Of a stretch of DNA of 64,000 nt, positions 37,698-46,127 are shown one piece after another. Position 1 is the stretch's first letter. Each line of letters begins with the position of its first letter. The notes below the pieces were generated by a model, which saw nothing but the letters and a program-made list of their open reading frames with translations, was not told the origin of the DNA and made no database searches. Source of the DNA: an uncultured bacterium (GTDB lineage Bacteria; Ratteibacteria; UBA8468; B48-G9; DSTR01); assembly GCA_964645405.1 (NCBI GenBank), contig CAZYCA010000029.1:28047-92046 (forward strand), written 5' to 3'. A program made the translations under genes and the position numbers.

Positions 37698-39129
37698 GCG
37701 CGTCCCCTTTTGTTTTTTCGTAAACAAGGAGATACTGATGAGCTATTCGCAAGTAACCGTCTGATTTTTCCGCAGGGGATTTCTTTTCTTCTTTGGTAAC
37801 AATTACGATTTCTTTAAGACGCAGGCCGTTAAATACCATCATATCTACTAACCTTTTGGCTAAAGGTTCTAAATATCCATCCTTTCTTATGTCCTGAACG
37901 AGAATCACTAAGAAACCGCCGATACGAATATTCATAAGACTGCGATCTACAGTCTCTTTTGTTAGCTGTAAAAAGTAGTCAATGTCGGAGTAATGGAGCT
38001 GACTGGGTAGCTGAGGAGATTTAATAAATATCAGCCTTCTCCGGAAGCACCCAGACCGTTGTAGTCTCAAATTCATTCAGTGGTCTTGTTAGTATTGGCT
38101 TTTTCATTACAGGCAAGAAGGTACCGTAATGTGCTCGTCTTTCTTTTATGGGTAAGGTAAGAGAAACTTCCGGTTTTTCGAAAATCGGCAAGTATTCATG
38201 GGCCAGCAGAAGGAAGTTATACCTTATGCTGTTAGTGTACCAGAATCCGGTACTTTTGCAGTTATGTTGTCGTTTAATGACAAGTTCTCTTAATTTAAAT
38301 CCAGCGTTCAGATAAACGTTTATGACTCTGAATGCTAAAGGAACTACGAACCTTTTTTTTCTGGTATCTCCTATCAGGATAGCACATTGCCTTCCGGGCT
38401 TTAGTACTCTGAAACTTTCACTGGCAACCTTTGACATTTCTCTCAAGAACAGGTCCGGGTCACAAAAGGATAAATCCCTTTCGTTATTAACGGTATAACG
38501 GATTATATTGGCGTAGGGAGGATGGGCACAGATTAAATCTACGGAGTCGTCCTGGAGAAAAGATAAATCCCTGGCATCTCCCACCAGTAGTTCAGGCTCA
38601 TAGACCTGAAACGGCTCTCTTTCGTTACCAAAAATAACTGGCTGTTGCAGTGGTGGAGTGAAACTGATCTTTTTTTTGCCAATTCAATAGCCTTGTCGTT
38701 AATATCAAGGGCTATACATCTTCTTCCTAAAAGTTTACATTCCACAGCCGTTGTTCCGGCGCCACAGAAGTAATCCAGCACTATCTCCCCTGGCTTGGAA
38801 TATTTAAGGATGACATTTCTGGGGATGTAGGGTGACCAATTACCTCTATATTCTCCACTATGTGTTGCCCAGTTGCCTCTCTGCTTGAAACTCCAGACGG
38901 TAGTCTGCTGCTCTTTGAAGTCTTTCGGTTCAAACGTTTTTATTCTTTTATGAACTTTGAAGGCGCTGACATTCAGCCCCTGGGAGCGGGTAATAAGACG
39001 TTCAATGTACTTGAAAGTGACGCCGTATCTTTTACCAATAACCAGGTCAGAAGTTCCTTTTATCTTCTCCTGCAGAATTGTTCTTTGAAGTTCCTGTTCT
39101 GTTATAAGTCGCGCCTTTTGGTTTCCCAT
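37639..39129 (-). pseudogene. HTH-fused amino (m4C/m6A) DNA methyltransferase split into three ORFs (38539-39129, 38021-38584, 37639-38076)
   Basis: LDYFCGAGTT (motif I) in the first ORF and AHPPY (motif IV) in the second; frames join at an A8 tract (38670-38677); third ORF is a degenerate repeat of the MTase C-terminal half (HQYLLVYEK versus HEYLPIFEK). Confidence 0.8.
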
Positions 39130-39369
39130 GGGTCGTCTGATAAATGTATATTTTCAATGAAGGACACTTGCCAGTAAAAATATACAACATTAAATGTTCC
39201 TGCTCAACTTTGTCTTTTTGTTTGCCACCGAACTGGCCCGGGAAATAGTGATAGGATTATTTCCCGCTGGCAAGCAGCTATTTGTTTGACAGGGATGCAG
39301 GAAAAAAGTTAAGGTTTATTATCCGGAGACCTTACTTTACTTTTTCACCTTTCTCAGGCAAGGGAGAGC

Positions 39370-41205
39370 ATGGCTGACCCTGTCAAAATGGTGAGGAAAA
39401 GGGATGGCCGTCTTGTTCCCTTTGACCAGAAAAAGATTGCTGACGCAATTTTTAAGGCAGCCTTAGCTGTGGGAGGACAGGACAGATATTTAGCAGAGGA
39501 CCTGGCTGAGGCAGTTACCCTTTACCTGAACAAGAACTTTGCCGGAAAAATCCCTTCTGTGGAAGAAATTCAGGATTGTGTGGAAAGGGTTCTGATAAAA
39601 ACCGGCCATGCCAGAACAGCCAAAGCCTATATCCTCTACCGGCAGCAGCGTGCGAGAATCCGTCAGGTGAAAGAAGGAAAACTGCCTGATGGTTTTCTGG
39701 AGGAAAAACAGGCGTTGCAGGAGATAAGGCTTTTGCGTGATATACGCTGGTCAGTCCGGCGCAGTGATGAGCAAATAACAGCCTGGGATAACCAGCGTAT
39801 TGTGGAAGCTTTAGTCCGGGAGACAGGTATTTCTTCAGCGATTGCCGAAGTGATTGTTCTGGAAGTGGAAAAGGATTTGCTGGCAGCAAAACTACAGCGC
39901 ATCTCCTCTTCTCTCATCCGGGAACTGGTGAATGCCAGGTTGATTGCCTATGGACTGGAGGAGGCAAGAAATAGACACAGCAGACTGGGGGTTCCTTTTT
40001 ATGATGTGCGGGAAGTAATGTTAAATTCCCGGGAAGACCCGGATGAGATTTCCTGGCGGTTGGGCAATCATATAAAAAAAGAATATGCTTTAGCTGATGT
40101 TTTTTCCTCAGAAGTGGTGGACCGGCATCTTTCCGGGGAGATTCACATCCATCATCTGGAAGCGGTAGACAAACTTTTCACCATCAGCCAGATTATCCCG
40201 CAGCATCAGGATATCTTAGAAGCTTGCCGGCAATGGCAGCCATTAGTCAGCGGTGAAATCTACTGGGAACAGGCAGAAAGAAAGGTGGAAACTGAAAGAC
40301 AGGAAGGATACCAGTGGCAGGAATATTTGCTTGCGGCTGAAGCCTGCCGCTTTCCTGGAAGGCAAAAGTTGCGTTTTGGGCTGGACCTTTCCGCAGCAGA
40401 GCAGGAGACTACTTCAGAACTTCTTCAGGGTTTGCATTATCTTTTCTCTCACTGGCCACAACAGCATCCTTGCTTCCTCCTGTCTTACCAGGCGAAAGTT
40501 TTGACCCCGGATGTTATTAATGTTTTAACTCAGTTAGCCCTGAAGGATAGCCGGACCATTCTGAGCACAGAAGCAAAAAGCACAGCCCTGGCAGGATGTT
40601 ACCTTCCCCGTTTTCTTTTAAGCCACCAGGATATTGCCTGCGGTCTGGGACAGGTGGCGCTCAACCTTCCCCGTCTGGCAGCCAGCTCAGAAAGCAAGGA
40701 AGCCTTTGTTTCGCTCTTGTTGAAGCACATAAACCTGGCGCTTGCTGCCTTGAGCCAGAAAGAGGATTTCTGGAAAAAAAGGACTGTTTTTTGCGCCCAG
40801 GTAAAAAATTCTGCCTTTCTTATCAGTCTGGCAGGGCTTCAAGAAGCAGTCAGGCAATTAGGTTATAAGTCAGAACCGGAAGTCCTGGAAGAATGCCAGA
40901 AACTCTTGCGCCTGGGGCAGGAGTTTTGCTGGCAGAAGGCAGAAGTTTTCCAGCGTCCTGTAGTTCTGCTGCCTGTCTGCGAGGAGGAAGCCAGGGAACG
41001 TTTCAGTCGGTTAAATGGCAGGCATTGTAGCTGCGGACTGTCAGGGAAGTTTCTAACTGATGCCCGTTTCCGGAAGAAACTGGGAAAAATGATTCTGGTG
41101 GTTTGTCTGAAGGAGGTTGATCAGGAGGAATTAAAGAGAATTCTTCAGGCAGCAACGGAAGTGGAGGTACAGTTACGGTTTCAGGAAAAAAGGGGGCAGG
41201 AATGA
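39370..41205 (+). CDS. Double ATP-cone protein with a degenerate class III ribonucleotide reductase (NrdD-like) body
   Basis: VRKRDG..VPFD..KI ATP cone, second cone, KEYAL...HLSGEIHIHHL, ALNLPRLA; no catalytic YC, zinc ribbon or RxxGY. Confidence 0.75.
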   Translation: MADPVKMVRKRDGRLVPFDQKKIADAIFKAALAVGGQDRYLAEDLAEAVTLYLNKNFAGKIPSVEEIQDCVERVLIKTGHARTAKAYILYRQQRARIRQVKEGKLPDGFLEEKQALQEIRLLRDIRWSVRRSDEQITAWDNQRIVEALVRETGISSAIAEVIVLEVEKDLLAAKLQRISSSLIRELVNARLIAYGLEEARNRHSRLGVPFYDVREVMLNSREDPDEISWRLGNHIKKEYALADVFSSEVVDRHLSGEIHIHHLEAVDKLFTISQIIPQHQDILEACRQWQPLVSGEIYWEQAERKVETERQEGYQWQEYLLAAEACRFPGRQKLRFGLDLSAAEQETTSELLQGLHYLFSHWPQQHPCFLLSYQAKVLTPDVINVLTQLALKDSRTILSTEAKSTALAGCYLPRFLLSHQDIACGLGQVALNLPRLAASSESKEAFVSLLLKHINLALAALSQKEDFWKKRTVFCAQVKNSAFLISLAGLQEAVRQLGYKSEPEVLEECQKLLRLGQEFCWQKAEVFQRPVVLLPVCEEEARERFSRLNGRHCSCGLSGKFLTDARFRKKLGKMILVVCLKEVDQEELKRILQAATEVEVQLRFQEKRGQE

Positions 41206-42107
41206 CCAGGGTAGCACTTTTCGGTTACAGTCAGGCAGGGAAAACCACGCTCTTTCAGACCCTGACAGGAAAGAAAGAGGAGATTTATGACCCTTTCCAG
41301 CCCAATGTCGGTATAGCCAGATTGCCAGATAACCGTCTTACCAGAATAGCAGAAATATTGCAATCAAGAAAAACAGTTTTCCCGGAAATGGAGTTTTATG
41401 ACTGGAAAGGTTTCCCTGAGGGACAGGGTTTTCCTCCAGAATATTTCAAAAATCTTACGGAAGCAGATTTATTACTTCTGGTGGTGGACAACTTTTCCCC
41501 GGCTGCTGACCCCGGGCAGCAGGCGCTTTCCCTGAAGATGGAACTTATCTTCAGTGATGAGGAAAAACTGGAGAAGATTCTGAGAAACCGTAAGGACCAG
41601 GGAAAACTTGACCAGGACCAGCAACTTCTCCTGAAGTGTCAAAAGCTTCTCCAGGAAGAAAAACCGCTTGCGCTTCTGCCAGAGGAAAACAGACGGCAGC
41701 TTTCCGGAATGGATTTTCTCAGCTGGAAACCCCAGGTTGTTTTTGTCAACGGTGATGCCAGAGCTTTCAGCTGGAAAGAGTCTTTCTTCCAGGGAAATGC
41801 TACTGGTTTTGACCTGGAGGCTTTTTTTCAGGTGGTGAAGGAGAGTCTGGGGTTAATAGTCTTCTATACAGTAAAAGGAGAAAAAGCCCAGGCCTGGCTG
41901 ATACCGGCAAGGATGGAAGCAAGGATGGCTGCCGGTAAGATTCACAAGGATATGGAAAAAGGATTCATCAAGGCTGGTGTTTTACCGTACAAGGACCTTC
42001 TGGAGATAGGTTCCTGGCAGAAAGCAAAAAGCCTTGGTGTTCTAAAGTTTTTAGGACCTCATTCTGTTTTCAATGATGGCGATGTAGTGGAAATTTTCTT
42101 TCACTGA
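41202..42107 (+). CDS. YchF/OLA1-like P-loop NTPase with C-terminal TGS (DUF933), shortened and divergent
   Basis: GYSQAGKTT, D.RL, FYTV...AW, AAGKIHKDMEKGFIKA, DGDVV.I. Confidence 0.8.
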   Translation: MTRVALFGYSQAGKTTLFQTLTGKKEEIYDPFQPNVGIARLPDNRLTRIAEILQSRKTVFPEMEFYDWKGFPEGQGFPPEYFKNLTEADLLLLVVDNFSPAADPGQQALSLKMELIFSDEEKLEKILRNRKDQGKLDQDQQLLLKCQKLLQEEKPLALLPEENRRQLSGMDFLSWKPQVVFVNGDARAFSWKESFFQGNATGFDLEAFFQVVKESLGLIVFYTVKGEKAQAWLIPARMEARMAAGKIHKDMEKGFIKAGVLPYKDLLEIGSWQKAKSLGVLKFLGPHSVFNDGDVVEIFFH

Positions 42108-42122
42108 TACGGAAAAGGAGAA

Positions 42123-43991
42123 ATGATGAAACCGGTAAGCTGGCAACAGGTAAAAATCACAGGCTCTTTCTGGGCGAACTGGCAGAAAATAAATCAGGTC
42201 TCCCTGTACCACCAGTACCGGCAGCTGAAAAAAACAGGAAGGATTGATGCTTTCCGTTTGAACAGAGGAGCGGGCAAGAAAATTCTTCCTCACCATTTCT
42301 GGGATTCTGATGTTGCCAAATGGGTAGAAGCAACAGCATTAAGTCTCTGGCAGAATTTTGATAGAGGACTGGCAGAGAAACTGGAGAAGACTGTAAAACT
42401 GATTGTCTCTGCCCAGCAGAAGGATGGTTATCTGAATACCCATTTTACAGTGGTGGAACCTGAGAAACGGTTTACCAATCTGCGGGACAGCCATGAACTC
42501 TACTGTGCCGGACATCTGATAGAAGCAGCTGTTGCTCACTGGCTGGCAACCGGTAAAACTTTATTTCTGAAAGCAGCCTGCCGTTATGCAGATTACCTCT
42601 GTCAGGTTTTTGGTCCCCGGAAGGGACAGATTCGTGGTTATGACGGACATGAAGAGATAGAACTGGCGCTGGTGAAACTTTTCCGCGTTACCGGTTGCCA
42701 GAGGTATCTTTCCCTGGCTTCTTTTTTTGTGGAAGAAAGAGGAAAAAAACCGCATTTTTTTGATTGGGAAGCCAGAAACCGCGGGGAGGATTTAACAACC
42801 TTAAGGCGCAGCTATCAATACTACCAGGCTCATTGCCCTGTCCGGCAGCAAAGAGAGGTTGTCGGTCATGCGGTGCGGGCGATGTATCTTTATTGTGCCC
42901 TGGCAGACCTGGCTCTGGAAAAGAAGGATAAATCTCTGCTGCGGACCTTACGTCTGCTCTGGGAAGACCTGATCACTAAAAAGATTTATGTCACGGGAGG
43001 GATTGGTTCCACCCGTGAGGGAGAAGCCTTCGGGCAGGCATATGAACTTCCCAATGATACTGCTTACTGTGAAACCTGTGCTGCCTGCGGGCTGGTCTTC
43101 TGGAGCCACCGCTTGCTTCATCTGGAAAAGAAGGCAAAGATAGCTGACATTATGGAACTGGTACTTTACAATGCTGCTCTGGCTGGTATTTCCCTTGAGG
43201 GGAAAACTTTTTTCTATGTCAATCCACTCTGGAGCGGAGGAAACCATCACCGCCAGAGCTGGTATGATTGTGCCTGCTGTCCTTCCAACATCTCCCGGGT
43301 GATATCCTCAGTGGGCCAGTATGCTTACAGCAGTTCTGAGAAAGATATCTGGGTACACCTTTACATGGAAAGTAAGGCAGAGTTACACTTGGCTGACAGC
43401 CAGGTAATCCTTACTGTTAAAACAGACTATCCTTTTGACGGGAAAGTTTTTATTAAGGTTGAACCCGGGAAGATCTGTGATTTTACCCTTTTCTTGCGTA
43501 TCCCGGGATGGTGTCGATCCTGGAAACTTTTTCTTAACGGTGAAGAAAAGGTACTGCCGGTTTCTTCCGGTTATCTGCGGATAAAACGCACCTGGAAGAA
43601 TGGTGATTATCTTCAACTTGTTCTGGAAATGAAGACAGAGTATCTGCAGGCTCACCCGGAAGTAAGGTTTGACATCGGCCAGGTGGCTTTACGTCGTGGT
43701 CCTCTCATTTATTGCCTGGAACAGGTGGACAATAAAGTTTCCTTACACCGGATAATCTTACCAGCCAGGCCAGAACTGAAGGCCAGTTTCCGGCCAGAAC
43801 TTCTCGGGGGAATTACAGTTCTCACGGGAAAAGCCTACTATCTGACAGCCGCAAACTTATCTGGATGGCTTTACCGGGAGGCTGAGGCGTTTTCTCTGCA
43901 GCCCATAAAGATTACTGCTATTCCTTATTATGCCTGGGATAACCGTAAAGCTGGCCAGATGACAGTCTGGGTTAGAAGGCAGGAAAATTGA
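42123..43991 (+). CDS. Glycoside hydrolase family 127 (beta-L-arabinofuranosidase)
   Basis: DSDVAKW.EA, HELYCAGH, GHEEIELAL, GHAVRA.YL, YCETCA, CACCP, AIPYYAW.NR. Confidence 0.93.
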   Translation: MMKPVSWQQVKITGSFWANWQKINQVSLYHQYRQLKKTGRIDAFRLNRGAGKKILPHHFWDSDVAKWVEATALSLWQNFDRGLAEKLEKTVKLIVSAQQKDGYLNTHFTVVEPEKRFTNLRDSHELYCAGHLIEAAVAHWLATGKTLFLKAACRYADYLCQVFGPRKGQIRGYDGHEEIELALVKLFRVTGCQRYLSLASFFVEERGKKPHFFDWEARNRGEDLTTLRRSYQYYQAHCPVRQQREVVGHAVRAMYLYCALADLALEKKDKSLLRTLRLLWEDLITKKIYVTGGIGSTREGEAFGQAYELPNDTAYCETCAACGLVFWSHRLLHLEKKAKIADIMELVLYNAALAGISLEGKTFFYVNPLWSGGNHHRQSWYDCACCPSNISRVISSVGQYAYSSSEKDIWVHLYMESKAELHLADSQVILTVKTDYPFDGKVFIKVEPGKICDFTLFLRIPGWCRSWKLFLNGEEKVLPVSSGYLRIKRTWKNGDYLQLVLEMKTEYLQAHPEVRFDIGQVALRRGPLIYCLEQVDNKVSLHRIILPARPELKASFRPELLGGITVLTGKAYYLTAANLSGWLYREAEAFSLQPIKITAIPYYAWDNRKAGQMTVWVRRQEN

Positions 43992-43999
43992 GCAGCCAC

Positions 44000-44695
44000 C
44001 TACTTTTCCGGAGAATGATAAATCCGGGCAAAATCTTCTTCGTATGGTGCTACCCGTCCTGGGCAATTTACTCGCTGGCAGAGACGGCAGGCAAGGTAAT
44101 TTGTCCTGGCAGGAAAGAAAAATCCGGATACTGTTTTGCTGGGCAACATAAGACAGGAATCAGTCAGTTCTACCCCGATAAGACTTTTCACATCACCGAA
44201 AAGGGAAAATAGTAGTTTTTGCTGCTGTATCGGCCAGACAGAAGCATCACTGGCTCCTGGATTCATAGAGGACAACTTATCCAGCCCATAGGTTTTCTGT
44301 AAGTGCTGAATAAGAAACTTCCTGGCAGCAGTAAGAGCCATCTCCTTGATGACTTCCACCCACCAGATACGCAGCATGTCTTTACCGGCAAGTCCAGCCC
44401 TATCAATCTCCACCCCACAGGTGCAGATATAAGGAAAAACTCTTTCTACTTTTTCCAGATTTACCCGGAGTATCCTGCTGGTAAAAGTTATCTGGTTAAC
44501 GCGTACAGTTTCTTCTGTCTTTTCCTCCACATAGCCGACAATGTAAAGAGCTTTAGGACTGGCTACTTTTCTTGCTTTTTCTGCCAGTTCAAGGAATTCT
44601 TTGCCCTGCTCACTGTCAGGCTTTAAGTGAAGTTTCTTCAGCAATTCTGCCTGTTCCCAGGCAAGAGGAATACAGGAGAGAATTTCTCCTGGCAT
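44000..44695 (-). CDS. Stand-alone vitamin B12-dependent methionine synthase activation domain protein
   Basis: PYICTCG.E, MNPG, W....Q..LF, IGV.LT.SCLM.P.K.VSG, C..C....C..R.APY. Confidence 0.8.
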   Translation of the reverse strand: MPGEILSCIPLAWEQAELLKKLHLKPDSEQGKEFLELAEKARKVASPKALYIVGYVEEKTEETVRVNQITFTSRILRVNLEKVERVFPYICTCGVEIDRAGLAGKDMLRIWWVEVIKEMALTAARKFLIQHLQKTYGLDKLSSMNPGASDASVWPIQQQKLLFSLFGDVKSLIGVELTDSCLMLPSKTVSGFFFPARTNYLACRLCQRVNCPGRVAPYEEDFARIYHSPEK

Positions 44696-44696
44696 A

Positions 44697-45886
44697 TCAC
44701 CTCCAGAGGACTGAAAAAAGTTTACAGGAAAAAGGGAAAGAAGTAAATCTATTTTTCCACAGGCTACTTTTTTCAGCAGACGAAGACTTGCCCGGGTAAC
44801 ATATCTTCCACCTGTGGTGAGAACGGAAGGTTTTGATACCAGATAAAGGCTGTATCAGTCTCATAGCTGTGTTTCCAGAAGGCTTTTCCTGCGGGAAGAT
44901 AACCGACCACCCCATCAGTGCAACTTACAATTACAGTGTGGGGAAAAGGTGATTGTCTCTTAAACTTCAGTCCAATCTCCACAAAAACCTCACCCGGCAG
45001 AAACAAAAGTGTTGCTTCACCTGTAGATACAGCCGTGAGGGTAACGGTAATTTTCCTGGGCAACCCTTGTTTCTTAAATAGGATTAGGTAAAAACAAGCC
45101 CAGTCTGCCCAGCGTTTCCAGGTGACTTTTTCCAGCAAACAGGTACTTTTGTTCTCCTGTCTCTGGCTTTCCACCAGGATTTTTTTCAGTTGCTTCTGAC
45201 CGGGTGGGTGTAAAGGCAGGAATATTTTCTCTTTCCTAATTCTTCTGCTACTTGGAAACTGCCACGCAGCCGGGGATTAATGTCCCCGCAACAGCCGAGA
45301 GTAAAAAGTGTTATCCCACCCAGAACTTTTTCTGTCATCCTTTGCACAACTTTAGGGTAATCAGCGGAAAAAAGGAGGTTATCCCTGCCGAGGACAACGG
45401 GATGGCAGGTGTAATTAACCAGTCGGGCAATCGGTTTTTCAGCCGAGCGTACCAGAAGGATGGAAATTTCTTCATCAACCGCACCTTCTGGCCAGCAATG
45501 GTTAATGCTGATTTTCACTTTTCAGGGCTTGCTGGACACAGTTGACAGTTCTCTTCTCCAGAAAAAGAGCATAAAACATGTCAGGAGTACCCATACCAGC
45601 AAAAACATCAAGGGTCGGCCCGGAATGAGTGTGGCTGCAGGCTAAGACCAGATGCCTTTCCGCTATACCAAGCTGCTGTCTTATTTTCTTCTTTATTCTG
45701 GCTTAACCCTGCTAAATCAGCTGTGATAACAGCGTAAAAATTTCCTTTTTGTTCCCGGACAAGGGCTTTAGCGTAAAGGTCATCATGAGTACCAGGACTC
45801 TTACCTGTCCTGCCAGCATAACCACCCAAGTCTGTTGTTTTCTCCGGGGGTATTACCACAATCGCGCTTCCAGCCTGAAAAAGCAT
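44697..45886 (-). pseudogene. Fragmented neutral/alkaline ceramidase-like hydrolase
   Basis: Pieces in different frames carry GY.GR..G.HDDLYAKAL, HSGP, NYTCHP, SADYP, GCCGDINP, LPGEVFVEIG and GYLP....YE; several frameshifts and deletions. Confidence 0.75.
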
Positions 45887-45938
45887 TTTTTCTCCTGCCT
45901 GCGATATTAACTACAGAAAGTCTTTGCGTAAAGAAGAG

Positions 45939-46127
45939 TTATCCACAACTTATCCACAGAAAAGGCTCGTTTTCTTAAATCAGGAAAAAAAACAACCAGG
46001 GAAAACGTTGTTTCCCTGTGTAAGTCGTTGTAAAACAAAACCTTAAGATGCTGAATGACGCATAAAAGTTAACTAAAACCTGGCCCGGGACAAACAAAAA
46101 GATAAACCGCAGGAAGTATTTTCCACA
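45939..46127. promoter_or_regulatory. DnaA-box cluster with an IHF-like dyad
   Basis: TTATCCACA at 45939 and 45950, TTTTCCACA at 46119; TAAGTCGTTGTAAAACAAAACCTTA at 46021-46045. Confidence 0.55.
45985..46018 (-). terminator. Probable intrinsic terminator of the GT-C gene
   Basis: Hairpin CAGGGAAA-N6-TTTCCCTG (45997-46018) followed on the minus strand by GTTG and T8. Confidence 0.5.

Noticed and set aside
36489-37727. Reading the 412-aa ORF as a conventional type II restriction endonuclease or a Vsr/Mig-type mismatch repair partner
   Set aside because: Motifs fit HhH-GPD rather than PD-(D/E)xK or HNH, and the partner MTase has HPPY rather than the PC motif of 5mC enzymes. A generic repair role cannot be excluded without assays.
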